A stretch of DNA of 64,000 nucleotides, from positions 67,482 to 131,481 of the forward strand of contig JBBTVB010000005.1 of the NCBI GenBank assembly GCA_038063455.1, read 5' to 3'. Positions within the stretch are counted from its first letter, which is position 1; every line of letters starts with the position of its first letter. Of the stretch, positions 27,311 through 37,744 are shown piece by piece. A program made the position numbers and the translations under genes. The stretch comes from Patescibacteria group bacterium (GTDB lineage: Bacteria > Patescibacteriota > Patescibacteriia > PEXW01). The notes beneath the pieces are model-generated. The model ran no database searches. It saw nothing but the letters and a program-made list of their open reading frames with translations, and had not been told where the DNA came from.

Positions 27311-29119
27311 GTGCGTAATCCCTTAGCTCCCCTGCTCAACCGGGGCCGCGACATCGTTGCCCGTTTTCGACGTCCCGCAACTGCGCCGGCTGTGCCTTTG
27401 CTGCACGACCAAGCCATGGTCCACAATCTCAATGGCTCCCGCTGGCCCAGCTGGATCCAATTTTCGTACATCTTCCGCTACCTCAACAAACGCGAGGGCT
27501 GGATATTCCGTGGCGCCATTGTGCTGCTCTTCGGTTCGGCGATATTCCTGGTCGGCCGGTACATTGACCGGCACTGGATAGCTGAGCCGGCAGTGGGCGG
27601 CAGCTTTACCGAAGCCGTGGTCGGCGCGCCGCGCTTTATTAATCCGGTCCTGGCCAGCAGCGACGTGGACCTGGCAATGACGCCCCTACTGTACAGCGGC
27701 TTGCTGCGGCAGCTCCCCGACGGGACCTTTGCCAACGACCTGGCCGAAAATGTTGCAGTGAGCGCGGACGGCAAAACCTACACCGTCAAACTAGCGCAGG
27801 GCCGCACCTGGCACGATGGCCAGCCCCTGACGGCTGACGACGTGAGCTTTACGGTGGAAACAATCCAAAACCCGAATGTCGCTAGTCCCCGCTACGCTGA
27901 CTTCCGGGATATGAAGGTGGACGCACCGGATGACCGAACCATTACCTTCACCCTCGAGAAAGCGAATCCTGGTTTCCGCCGACTGCTGACCCAAGGCATT
28001 TTGCCCGCGCACATCTGGGCCGAAATTCCGCCGGCGTCTATGACGACCACGGACTACAACCTCAAACCCATTGGTAACGGCCCGTTTAAATTTAAAGAAA
28101 TTCGAAAAAAGGAACGCTCCGGCGACGTGACCAACATTATTTTGGAGCGTAATGCCGCCGCGGCAAACCCTGCCTTCCTGCAGGAATTGAAAATTCGCTT
28201 TGTCGACGACGGCCAAGCAGCGCTGGATAGTTTGGGCGGCCAGGCTGACGGCACACGCTTGGTGAATAACGAGCTCTACGTAAAAGCCGAGAAGCTCCGC
28301 GGTGGCCGCGTGGACTACCTTTTCCTGCCCCAATCGGTTGCAGCTTTCTTCAACACCAAACGCAGCTTGTTTGCCAGCAAAGACGTGCGGCTGGCACTGC
28401 GCGATGCAATTGACCCGGCAAGCGTGCGGGATGCCGCCCGGCCGTCTGCCCAGACCATCGCCAGCCCGGTGCTCCAAGGCATGCTGGGTTGGAGCGCCTT
28501 GCCCGAACGCAAAGCTGACCTTGAAGGCGCCCGCCAGCGCCTGGAAAAAGCCGGCTGGAAAAAAGAAGGTGACGTGTACGTGAAAGCTAAAACGAAATTG
28601 GCATTTACCCTAACCGTGCCGGATGTAAAAGAATACGTCGATGCCGCTAATGCGCTGGCGGCGGCGTGGAAAAACCTGGGCGCTACCGTCACAGTGAGCG
28701 CGGTGGATCCGAGTACCCTGGCCAAAGAAGTTATTAAAGAACGCGCCTTCGATATCCTGCTCTTCGCTGACCGTTACGATGCCACGCTAGACCTGTACCC
28801 GTTCTGGCATTCCACCCAAAGTTTTGACCCCGGCCTCAACCTGACCAGCTTCTACAGCAAGGATATGGATGCGGCGTTGGACAAAGCCCACGCTGGGAAT
28901 ACCTTAGATGCCGACCGAACCGCTGCGAACACCCGGGTGCAGCAAATTATGGTCGAAGAAGCTCCGGCAATATTCCTGTACCAACCGGCGGCCGCTATCG
29001 TGCGCACCAAAACCTTGCGGAGCACCAACCCGCCAACGCTCCTCACGGCGAGCAATCGCTTCCTGGATGTGAGCAACTGGTACGTTGACACAGATCGGAC
29101 GTGGCAGTGGAACCCCTAA
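27311..29119 (+). CDS. ABC transporter substrate-binding protein, family 5 (peptide/nickel type)
   Basis: 602 aa, GTG start, N-terminal TM anchor. ...LLRQLPDGTFANDLAE...DGKTYTVKLAQGRTWHDGQPLTADDV... is typical of SBP_bac_5. Confidence 0.8.
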   Translation: MRNPLAPLLNRGRDIVARFRRPATAPAVPLLHDQAMVHNLNGSRWPSWIQFSYIFRYLNKREGWIFRGAIVLLFGSAIFLVGRYIDRHWIAEPAVGGSFTEAVVGAPRFINPVLASSDVDLAMTPLLYSGLLRQLPDGTFANDLAENVAVSADGKTYTVKLAQGRTWHDGQPLTADDVSFTVETIQNPNVASPRYADFRDMKVDAPDDRTITFTLEKANPGFRRLLTQGILPAHIWAEIPPASMTTTDYNLKPIGNGPFKFKEIRKKERSGDVTNIILERNAAAANPAFLQELKIRFVDDGQAALDSLGGQADGTRLVNNELYVKAEKLRGGRVDYLFLPQSVAAFFNTKRSLFASKDVRLALRDAIDPASVRDAARPSAQTIASPVLQGMLGWSALPERKADLEGARQRLEKAGWKKEGDVYVKAKTKLAFTLTVPDVKEYVDAANALAAAWKNLGATVTVSAVDPSTLAKEVIKERAFDILLFADRYDATLDLYPFWHSTQSFDPGLNLTSFYSKDMDAALDKAHAGNTLDADRTAANTRVQQIMVEEAPAIFLYQPAAAIVRTKTLRSTNPPTLLTASNRFLDVSNWYVDTDRTWQWNP

Positions 29120-29268
29120 AGACAAACACTTCTATTGGTAAGGCATACGAGGGGTGACACCCCGCCGATGGCTTATCCAAAGTACCTGGCGGGGTGGAAT
29201 CCGTAGCGTGTCGTGAGGGAAATGCTAGCGAGTGATGCGGGTAAAGTAATCAGGTACACTACAACTAT

Positions 29269-29355
29269 GGGCGAGTGGCGGAACTGGTAGACGCACTGGC
29301 TTCAGGAGCCAGCGACCGCAAGGTCATGGAGGTTCGAGTCCTCTCTCGCCCACCA
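29269..29355 (+). tRNA. tRNA-Leu (anticodon CAG), encoded CCA
   Basis: GGGCGAG-TG-GCG..CGC-A-CTGGC-TTCAGGA-GCCAG-variable arm-GGAGG-TTCGAGT-CCTCT-CTCGCCC-ACCA folds as a class II cloverleaf. Confidence 0.9.
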
Positions 29356-29618
29356 TGAACCACTCACTTTGTTCGGGTTCATGGCGAGCCACAACGTATA
29401 GCTACGTACTCGCCGTAAATCTAAATGAAGTGCGTGGTTCATGCCCTGAATCGGAGGCCGGAGGCCGACTGGTTCAGGGCAGACCTCATTCGACCCCAGG
29501 CATGAATCACTCCTTTATTCGGGTTTCCCAGCAAACCCAAGTGAAGCCGGTGGTTCATACCCTGTACCCGAGCCCCGCCGTCAGCGGGATAAACTCCGCG
29601 AGAGGTTCAGGGCAGCCC
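29353..29618. repeat. cluster of REP-like palindromic units downstream of tRNA-Leu
   Basis: Two alternating unit types, each present twice: CATGAAYCACTC...TTCGGGTT, and GTGGTTCATRCCCTG...GGTTCAGGGCAG. The last unit (29550-29618) is homologous to 4884-4949. Confidence 0.6.
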
Positions 29619-29687
29619 GGTAACGCAGTAAAAAAACAAAATAAAACCAAAAGCATTTTTTTGTTTCTCATTTAACTCAATTTTCTC

Positions 29688-31430
29688 ATGTCAAAGCATC
29701 GCAAACCCCGCCCCGTAACCACCCGGAGCTTTAGCCAGCCCGAACCCGGCCTCAACCTGCCACCCAAAGATAGTCTCCGGATTATCCCGATTGGCGGCAA
29801 TGAAGAAGTCGGCCGCAACTGTACCATCTTCGAGTACGGCAACGATATCATTATCCTGGATATGGGCGTCCAATTCCCGGAAGAAGATATGCCGGGCGTA
29901 GACTACATTATTCCAAACCTCTCGTACCTGCGCGGCAAAGAAAACCGCGTGCGCGGCGTCATCTTCAGCCACGGCCACTTGGACCACATTGGCGCCTCAG
30001 CAATCCTGCTGGAACGATTGGGCTACCCGCAAATCGTCGGCCGGCCGCTGACCCTGGCCATGATCAAGCACCGTGTGGACGACTTCCAGAAAGGCGCGGC
30101 CAAGCGGTTGAAGACCATTGTCATTAAAAACGTGAACGACCGCATTACACTCGGCGGCTTTAAAATCGGCTTCTTCCCGGTGGACCACTCCATCATGGAT
30201 GCAGTCGGTGTGATTATTCACACGCCGCACGGCACGGTCGTGCACCCCGGCGACTGGACGTATGAAAAAGACCCGGTGGGCCGCAAAGCCATTGAGTACC
30301 GACACCTGGCCAACCTGCCCAAACCGACCATTTTGATGCTCGAATCGTTGGGCTCCATGAGCAGCAAAGAGCGCGTGCCCGAGCGCGTTATGTACGCCAA
30401 CTTGGAAAAGCTGATTACCGAAGCGCCCGGCCGCCTCATTATTGGGACGTTCTCCAGTCAGCTGGAGCGCATTAAGTACGTGCTGGAATTTGCCGAGAAG
30501 CTCGGCAAAAAAGTGGCTCTCGATGGCTTTAGCATGAAGAACAACGTGGAAATTGCCAAAGTGCTAGGCTACATTGCCGTAAAGAAAGACACGATTATCC
30601 CGGTCGAAAAAATCCACGACTTCCCTGACCGACGCGTAGTGGTACTGTGCACCGGCGCGCAAGGCGAGAGCAATGCTGTGCTTTCCCGCATTATGAACGG
30701 CGACCACCGCAGCATTAAAATCCGGGCCTCGGATACCATTGTCTTTTCCTCCTCGGTTATCCCCGGCAACGAGCGTACCATCCAGCGCCTCAAAGATAGC
30801 CTCTACCGCCTGACCGACAACGTCATCCACAGCGACATCATGGACGTACACTCCAGCGGCCACAGCACAGCCGAGGACATGCGCGAGGTTATGCGGCAAA
30901 TCAACCCAACCTACTTCCTGCCCGTGTACGCCAACCACTACTTCCTCAAGGAAGCGCAGAAACTGGCCGTCCGCAACGGCATGCCCAAGGACAAAACGTT
31001 TATTCTGGATAACGGCAACGTGCTGGAATTTGTGAACGGCAAACCCAAGCTGCTGCCGGGCAAAGTGAAAACCGACTACGTGTTTGTGGACGGCCTGGGC
31101 GTGGGTGACGTGTCCAACGTGGTATTGCGCGACCGCCAGACCATGGCCAACGAGGGCATGGTGGTGGTTATTGTGAATGTCGACCGCCGCACCGGCAAAC
31201 TCGTAAACGAACCGAACATTATTACCCACGGCTTTGTGTACGCCAAGACCAACACCCGCCTGATTGATGAGACCAAGAAGAAAGTGCAAGCCTTGCTCAA
31301 GGATAGTGACAAGCGCACCGGCCCGAACGAAGGCTACCTCGTCAACCGCATCCGGGATGGCTTGGGCACGTTCCTCTTCCAAAAAACCGAACGCCGGCCG
31401 ATGATTATTCCCGTGGTGCTGGACGTATAG
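29688..31430 (+). CDS. rnj: ribonuclease J
   Basis: 580 aa. Metallo-beta-lactamase HGHLDHIG motif, beta-CASP region and C-terminal domain. Confidence 0.9.
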   Translation: MSKHRKPRPVTTRSFSQPEPGLNLPPKDSLRIIPIGGNEEVGRNCTIFEYGNDIIILDMGVQFPEEDMPGVDYIIPNLSYLRGKENRVRGVIFSHGHLDHIGASAILLERLGYPQIVGRPLTLAMIKHRVDDFQKGAAKRLKTIVIKNVNDRITLGGFKIGFFPVDHSIMDAVGVIIHTPHGTVVHPGDWTYEKDPVGRKAIEYRHLANLPKPTILMLESLGSMSSKERVPERVMYANLEKLITEAPGRLIIGTFSSQLERIKYVLEFAEKLGKKVALDGFSMKNNVEIAKVLGYIAVKKDTIIPVEKIHDFPDRRVVVLCTGAQGESNAVLSRIMNGDHRSIKIRASDTIVFSSSVIPGNERTIQRLKDSLYRLTDNVIHSDIMDVHSSGHSTAEDMREVMRQINPTYFLPVYANHYFLKEAQKLAVRNGMPKDKTFILDNGNVLEFVNGKPKLLPGKVKTDYVFVDGLGVGDVSNVVLRDRQTMANEGMVVVIVNVDRRTGKLVNEPNIITHGFVYAKTNTRLIDETKKKVQALLKDSDKRTGPNEGYLVNRIRDGLGTFLFQKTERRPMIIPVVLDV

Positions 31431-31434
31431 CATT

Positions 31435-31523
31435 GTCATCCTGAAGCCTGCAGGCTGAAGGATCTCCCAGGGTAGAATGAAGGGAGATTCTTCGCTCGGC
31501 CGAAAGGTCTCACTCAGAATGAC
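31435..31523. repeat. palindromic element, type B (GTCATCCTGA...TCAGAATGAC), intergenic
   Basis: 89 bp with imperfect terminal inverted repeats related to type A at the GTCAT/ATGAC ends. The internal GAGATTCTTCGCTC motif is typical of such elements. Confidence 0.65.
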
Positions 31524-31733
31524 AAAAAATACTCAATACTCCCCCGCCCCCGCCAGGGCGGGTTTTTGTATCTCCTCGTTTCTGTGTATACTGAACTGGC
31601 ATACAAAAACCTCACAGTTTGCTTGTCGGCTACTGCATGAGTCAAAATCAGAACTCTTATCTCTATCCCTCAATAACCCACACCGTGTGTCGGCGGTGTG
31701 TTCACTTTGTCTCTTTTTAATTTTCGCTAACCT

Positions 31734-34700
31734 ATGCGGAAAACCACTCTCCAGGCAGTGCGCGGCGTACTCGCCAGCTTCACTATCCTGGCCACTGTGC
31801 TGTTCCCTTACGGCGGGCTGACTATTCCAGCCGCGAGCGCCTTGAGTAGTGTCAAAACCATTAGCGGCCAGGTGACCTACGAAGGCACCAGCACCGGCGT
31901 GGCTGGGGCGCAGGTAAATGCTTGGAGTTTTGGTGGGAGCGGTGGCAACACCACCACCGATGGCAGTGGCAACTACTCCTTCCTCGTGCCGGGCGGCGAC
32001 TACCAAATGAACCTATGGGCAAGCAACCCGGCAACTGCCGACTGGACGTACAACGAGCCGCCGGTACAGGTGAACTTTAGCCAGGATGAAAACGCGCAAA
32101 GCGAAACACGCAACTTCAAAGTGAAAAAAGCAACTGCTACGCTTACTGGCACCGTCACCAAAACCGACGGTACAGCAGTGACCCAAGGTGGCGTCGGTGC
32201 TTGGTCGCAAGGCGGTTCGGGTGGCTCCAGCGTGCAGCTGAATGGCAGCAGCACCTATGTTATGCGCCTGCCAGCCGGCACGTTCAATGCCAGCTACTGG
32301 TCAAGCGACCCAAGCCTGACGGCGACGCAACAAATTATTACAGTGAAAGACGGGGAAACGGTTACGGCCAATTTCGTCGTGAAACAAAAAACTGCACATA
32401 TTACTGGAGTGCTGCTCGATAGTGTCACTGGTAGTGCGGCGGCAAATGTGCGCATTAACGCTTTTTGCCAAGACGCGAATGCCGGCAGCCCGGGCCAGGG
32501 GCCAATGCCGGGCGTCTTTGGCAATGCTACCTCGGAAGCAAGCGGGGCCTTTGACATTGCTCTGCTAGCCGGCCGCTGCTTTGTGAACATCGACCAATTC
32601 GTTGACCAGCAGAATCAAAGCGCAGCGCAATACGTGTTCACTGGCGACCCGCGCACCATGGAGGTAACGCTGGAAACCGACACGACCAGCAAAAACATGG
32701 GCAACGTGAATCTAACCAAAACCGATGCAACCATTCTGGTACGTATCAAAGATGAGAGTGGAAACCCAATTCAAAACTTCCCGGGCTTTGTCGGCGTAGA
32801 AAAGCCACAGGCCGAAGGACAATTCGGCGGCCCCGGCAACCACTTTGGCGGACCGGTGATGAATGGCGTAGCCACCATTAAAGTGCCAACCACGGTCTCG
32901 ACCAGCTGGTTGGTACGCGTCCACACGCCCCCGAATGCAGAGTACTCCGTTGGTTCGGAAACGACTGTCACGGTTGCTAGTGGCGGCACTGCCGAAGCCA
33001 CCGTGAACTTAGTGAAAAATAACTCCGCGGTATATGGCTCGTTGGTTTCGGACACTGGCATTCCTATGAACAACTGCACGGCTAAAACCGGCCAACCCTC
33101 GTTCGGCGATGTGTTTCTCATGGGTCCCGGCGGCCATCGTAACGCGCAAATTAAACCAGACTGCAGCTTCGAAATTTCCGTAGTCGCCGGCACGTACCAA
33201 TTCGGGTACCACTTCTTCGAAGGCAACGGCCTGCTCAACCGGCCACCCTCGCAAGACCCGGTGGTGGTCAAAGCTGGTGAGCGCTCCCTCAAGAACATTA
33301 GCGTGCTGGCTGGCGACGCAACCATTAAGGGTCGACTCCTCGACCCAAGCGGCAAGCCGGTAGCCAATGCCTTTGTGAATGCGAGTAACGATGTGGAATA
33401 TTTTGGACGCCCGGGCCAATCTGGCCCTGGTGGTACAGGCGGCCCAGGTGGACCAGGCAAACCCAAAGAAATTGGCCAAGGTGAATTTAAGGGGAAGAAC
33501 GATGCCGGCGATATCTTCCAGGTGTGTATGAATGCCAAGCAGAAAAAGGACACCAAGATTATTAATGAATGCAAAGCCAAAAAACTGCCGGGCGGTTTTA
33601 CCGGCCCAGGTGGCTGCAGCAACGTTATGAGCTGTGTAGATTTTTGTACCAAGAAAGAGAATCAGAGTGAATGTGGCAAATTCAAAGGCCCCGAACAAGG
33701 CCCGGGCGGACAAAACAAGCCTGTGAGCGGCCCGGGCGGCTGCAAAACCGATGCCGAGTGTAAAGCCTTTTGCAACAAACCGGAAAACGCCAAAACCTGC
33801 CAGCAGTTCGGCCCCGGGCCGAACCAAGGCTTCACCGGTGCGAGTTTCTTTAAGGGCAAAGTGAAGGGCGCCACCAACGAAGACAATGTGGGTCCGGGGC
33901 CGAATGCCTTTCAGAATATCTTGCACTCTGGCGCACCGACCGATGCCAATGGCGTCTTCAGCATTAGCGTGGTCAGTGGCCACAAGTACTCGGTTCGAGC
34001 CTTCCCTCAACCGGGTTCGGCCTTCATGCCAGCCCAAGAACAGGTGGTGGACTTGAGCAGCGCAAAATCTGCCTCGGTCGATCTCATCCTGCGCACTGCA
34101 GACGCAAAAATTACCGGTACGGTCACCGGCGGCGGCACCCATGGCCATTGCGGCGGCTTCTCCGAAGATGCTAACCATACGGGCGGACCGATTATGAATG
34201 GTCGTTTCGAGATCAACGTGAGCAAAGGCGTCTGGCATATCATGTGCGACGCCCCATCTGGCAACGATATGTACCGCAGCGATGAAGTGACCATTGTGGT
34301 AAGCGCCAAAGGCACAATTACCCAAAACATGAAGCTCGAAAAAAATAATTTCCGCGTCCCTTCACCAATCAGCAAGACCTTCGACGTCACCCAGCCGCAG
34401 ACGCTCTCCTTAGACGACGGCACGGAAATTACCATCCCGGCCAACGCCTTGGGGACGTCCGGTAACGCCACGGTGACCGCCACACCAACTGCAAATGTTA
34501 CCCGGACAAAAGAGGCTCTGCCGGCCATGGGCTTTGGCTACGAGTTAGAGGCGATCAATGCCAGCACCGGCGCGGAGATTACCGACTTCAACAGCAATGT
34601 GACCATCGAGTACCAATACCCCGAGGACAAGGAGCTCGAAACCGAAGGGCTAGACGAATCCAGCTTTAAACCCCAGTTCTTCAACGAAACTAAAAACAGC

Positions 34701-35642
34701 TGGGAAGCTATTGAAAATGCTACGCAGGACAAAACCGATAATACCTACACGGTCCTTGCCGACCACTTCTCGATCCACGCGGTGACTACCAGCGGCAAAG
34801 CCGGTGCGCTCAAAACCGTTACCAAGCTAACAGGGAAGAGTAAGGGCTCGGTGAAAATTGATAAGACCACGGTGAAAGCTTTTGCCGGCGTCAGCGTTAA
34901 TGCGGCAACCGCAAACTACGGCGGGACCACGGGCCAACTGGTCTTTGTTTCACCTGCCGAAACTCTCAAGAGCGGGACGGCCGTAGTCAAAGTGTTTACT
35001 ACCAAGGGCAAACTCGTCAAAACCCTTACCCCGTGCGGCAACTCCAAAAACGCGATTAGCCTGGTGCTCACCGACGTAACCAAAGATGGCAAGAGCGATG
35101 TACTGGCTAGTCAGAATTCTGGCACCTGCGGGGCAAAGGTGTACGATGTCAAAGGCAAGTACAAGACATATGCCTTGAACCTCGGGGCACAAGCGCGCAG
35201 TACCGTTAGCGTGACAACTATGGAAGCCCACCAGGTGGGGGTGGCGAGCATCGCCGCGCTGGTAAAATCCGGCGCCGCCAGCGACGTCAAGGTGTTCAAA
35301 TTCAACAAGGGTAAATTCACGGAGGATACGAGCATCAACGAATCGAGTAAGCGCATTAAAATCTCCGGCTCCTCCGTATCCTTGCTCACTCTTAAGCCCA
35401 GCGGCAAAGCCTCGGCCAGCTTGAGTAGTACCAAGACGACCAGCAAGGTGAACCTGGCTGGCGAGAACTTCGAGACCGGTATGGTAGCCACTATTGGCAC
35501 GGTAGCCGGTGCGGTAAAAGTGACCAATGGCAAGGTTGCCAGCATTACCTTTGACGGCACCAAGCTTACCAAAGGCAAAAAAACGCTCAAGCTGGTGAAC
35601 CCCAGCGGCGGGTCAGGCAGTATCAGCGTAACCGTGAAGTAG
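31734..35642 (+). CDS. very large secreted/cell-surface protein with carboxypeptidase-regulatory-like (Ig-like beta-sandwich) repeats
   Basis: 1302 aa with an N-terminal signal-like segment. It has repeated ...G.V....G..V.GA.V.A... modules, a Gly/Pro-rich plus Cys-rich central module, and Thr/Ser/Gly/Lys-rich C-terminal repeats. Confidence 0.8.
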   Translation: MRKTTLQAVRGVLASFTILATVLFPYGGLTIPAASALSSVKTISGQVTYEGTSTGVAGAQVNAWSFGGSGGNTTTDGSGNYSFLVPGGDYQMNLWASNPATADWTYNEPPVQVNFSQDENAQSETRNFKVKKATATLTGTVTKTDGTAVTQGGVGAWSQGGSGGSSVQLNGSSTYVMRLPAGTFNASYWSSDPSLTATQQIITVKDGETVTANFVVKQKTAHITGVLLDSVTGSAAANVRINAFCQDANAGSPGQGPMPGVFGNATSEASGAFDIALLAGRCFVNIDQFVDQQNQSAAQYVFTGDPRTMEVTLETDTTSKNMGNVNLTKTDATILVRIKDESGNPIQNFPGFVGVEKPQAEGQFGGPGNHFGGPVMNGVATIKVPTTVSTSWLVRVHTPPNAEYSVGSETTVTVASGGTAEATVNLVKNNSAVYGSLVSDTGIPMNNCTAKTGQPSFGDVFLMGPGGHRNAQIKPDCSFEISVVAGTYQFGYHFFEGNGLLNRPPSQDPVVVKAGERSLKNISVLAGDATIKGRLLDPSGKPVANAFVNASNDVEYFGRPGQSGPGGTGGPGGPGKPKEIGQGEFKGKNDAGDIFQVCMNAKQKKDTKIINECKAKKLPGGFTGPGGCSNVMSCVDFCTKKENQSECGKFKGPEQGPGGQNKPVSGPGGCKTDAECKAFCNKPENAKTCQQFGPGPNQGFTGASFFKGKVKGATNEDNVGPGPNAFQNILHSGAPTDANGVFSISVVSGHKYSVRAFPQPGSAFMPAQEQVVDLSSAKSASVDLILRTADAKITGTVTGGGTHGHCGGFSEDANHTGGPIMNGRFEINVSKGVWHIMCDAPSGNDMYRSDEVTIVVSAKGTITQNMKLEKNNFRVPSPISKTFDVTQPQTLSLDDGTEITIPANALGTSGNATVTATPTANVTRTKEALPAMGFGYELEAINASTGAEITDFNSNVTIEYQYPEDKELETEGLDESSFKPQFFNETKNSWEAIENATQDKTDNTYTVLADHFSIHAVTTSGKAGALKTVTKLTGKSKGSVKIDKTTVKAFAGVSVNAATANYGGTTGQLVFVSPAETLKSGTAVVKVFTTKGKLVKTLTPCGNSKNAISLVLTDVTKDGKSDVLASQNSGTCGAKVYDVKGKYKTYALNLGAQARSTVSVTTMEAHQVGVASIAALVKSGAASDVKVFKFNKGKFTEDTSINESSKRIKISGSSVSLLTLKPSGKASASLSSTKTTSKVNLAGENFETGMVATIGTVAGAVKVTNGKVASITFDGTKLTKGKKTLKLVNPSGGSGSISVTVK

Positions 35643-35723
35643 CCAGCCCTTGCTGACACCCACCCCTGCCAGACTTCAAGGCGGGGGTTTTGGTTTAGGA
35701 CAAAGGCAGGGTAGAATAGCTGC

Positions 35724-36794
35724 ATGAAACGACTACATATATTCATGCCGATTGTGCTTGCCGCCATGCTCTGGCCTAGCGCCACATTTGCTTTGCCCAC
35801 CGGTTTTCGAGAAACCAAAGTGACCGGTGGCTTGAACGCCCCCACGTCCATGGCTTTTGCGCCAGATGGCCGACTCTTTGTTACGGAACAAGCTGGAAAA
35901 ATCCGCGTCATCCAAAACGGCAAGTTGCTGGCTACACCTTTTGCCACCATGCAAACAACCGCCAATGGCGAACGCGGCTTGCTGGGCCTGGCCTTTGATC
36001 CGAATTTTTCCCGCAACCGCTACATCTACGTGTACTACACCGTTTCGGGCGCAAGCCCGTACAACAAAGTTTCCCGCCTCACTGCCAGCTCCGCCAGTGC
36101 CAATACCATGCTGGCTGGTAGTTTAAAAACAATTGTGAATTTGGATAAACTCTCTTCAGCCACCAACCACAACGGCGGGGCAATCCATTTTGGGCCAGAT
36201 GGAAAACTGTATATCGCGGTCGGCGAAAATGCGAACCGAGATTACGCGCAATCGTTTGCAAACCGGCACGGAAAAATGCTGCGAATCAACAGCGATGGTT
36301 CCATCCCGACGGATAACCCGTTCTACCGAACCGCCAGCGGCGCCAACCGGATGATCTGGGCCTACGGCTTGCGTAACCCCTACACCTTTGCCTTTGACCC
36401 GCAGGATAGCCGCATGAACATCAACGACGTTGGCCAGAGCAGCCGGGAAGAAGTGAACCGCGGCCGCGCCGGCGCGAACTACGGCTGGCCGACCTGTGAA
36501 GGCAGCTGTTCAGTGAAAGGACTCACCAACCCCCTCTACGCCTATGGCCGAAGCGTCGGTACAGCGATTACCGGTGGCGCGTTTTACCGCAGTCGGCTGT
36601 TTGGCACAGGCTATGCCGGTGATTACTTTTTTAGCGACTACAACGGCGGATTTATTAAACGGCTCACACCCAATGGCCGAGTGCTGAATTTCCACACCAC
36701 CGCAAAAAGCCCGCTCGATATCGATATTGGACTCAATGGCAAGTTGTACTACCTCTCCATCTACGACGGTGCCGTGTATCGGGTGAGCCCATAA
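35724..36794 (+). CDS. PQQ-dependent sugar (glucose/sorbosone) dehydrogenase-like beta-propeller
   Basis: 356 aa with a signal peptide. ...ERGLLGLAFDPNF..NRYIYVYYT...HNGGAIHFGPDGKLYIAVGE... is typical of the family. Confidence 0.85.
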   Translation: MKRLHIFMPIVLAAMLWPSATFALPTGFRETKVTGGLNAPTSMAFAPDGRLFVTEQAGKIRVIQNGKLLATPFATMQTTANGERGLLGLAFDPNFSRNRYIYVYYTVSGASPYNKVSRLTASSASANTMLAGSLKTIVNLDKLSSATNHNGGAIHFGPDGKLYIAVGENANRDYAQSFANRHGKMLRINSDGSIPTDNPFYRTASGANRMIWAYGLRNPYTFAFDPQDSRMNINDVGQSSREEVNRGRAGANYGWPTCEGSCSVKGLTNPLYAYGRSVGTAITGGAFYRSRLFGTGYAGDYFFSDYNGGFIKRLTPNGRVLNFHTTAKSPLDIDIGLNGKLYYLSIYDGAVYRVSP

Positions 36795-36937
36795 AAAGGT
36801 ACTTAAAAGAAGTAATCATTAACCACCCCGCCCACCAGAATGGGGTTTTTGGATACCGACTTGCAAAAAAAGTGACTTTATATTAGATTACTAGGAATAA
36901 TTCTTTAACAACTTAATAGGAGGCGAAAGAGGTAACG

Positions 36938-37744
36938 ATGACTGAATCCACAACCAATCAATTTGGCAGGCAACTAGCTGCGTTTAGAGAACGAGCGAAC
37001 ATGACACAGCAGCATCTTGCAAACCGATGTGGAGTGTCACAATCCTTTATTGCACAACTAGAAAGAGTAGATCGACGGAGAAAAAACGGCGACGAACGAG
37101 TGAATAACCTTAGTCATACCCAAGTCACTAAGCTCGTGGAAGCCCTTGATTTATGGCCACCCGACTTCGACGAATTGTATCGTCTGGCTGGGCTCTCAAC
37201 TGATCGCACAAGAGAGGAGGAGATCACTCTGCAAAGTAGTTATCATTGTCGAAGTTTATGGGTATTCGCACGTAGCATACTTGATATTGAGAGCGACTTC
37301 TTTAAGGTTGTTGCTGCGAATATGCGACGTCAACCAGCGCCGGTGTCTTACACATATTTCATTCCTAGAATGAATGAGATTGAATTCGAAATGCTACATA
37401 GAAAACTCGTAACCCTTGGTGAATTCACAGAACAAGAGCTGTCCAACCCAATCAACCACCCGCTCACCTGCTACTGTCTCCCAGAGGCACTTTTCATATC
37501 TAACTTCGCAATCTACAATCCACCTATAGAAGTCCAACCGGGAACAAACAAATGCAAAGGCTCCTGCCCAATATATGGGTGCGGCACAAAATCAATAAAT
37601 GGAAAGGCACAATCCTTCTTCACGTTGCATATCACCGAAGTTATAACGCTTTACGAAAGAATACTTGGTTGGAAAAATCGAATCGACCTTGGTTCTGAGG
37701 TTCTATCGCAAAGCGCATACAAACTATTCCCCAAGCACACATAA
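36938..37744 (+). CDS. XRE-family HTH protein with uncharacterised C-terminal domain
   Basis: 268 aa. N-terminal FGRQLAAFRERANMTQQHLANRCGVSQSFIAQLER. The region is low in GC. Confidence 0.6.
   Translation: MTESTTNQFGRQLAAFRERANMTQQHLANRCGVSQSFIAQLERVDRRRKNGDERVNNLSHTQVTKLVEALDLWPPDFDELYRLAGLSTDRTREEEITLQSSYHCRSLWVFARSILDIESDFFKVVAANMRRQPAPVSYTYFIPRMNEIEFEMLHRKLVTLGEFTEQELSNPINHPLTCYCLPEALFISNFAIYNPPIEVQPGTNKCKGSCPIYGCGTKSINGKAQSFFTLHITEVITLYERILGWKNRIDLGSEVLSQSAYKLFPKHT

Noticed and set aside
29353-29618. Possible CRISPR array (repeated GGTTCA-containing units)
   Set aside because: The units are of two different types, have irregular length and spacing, and are individually palindromic with no unique spacers of constant size. 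No cas genes are in the window. The region is interpreted as REP-like elements.
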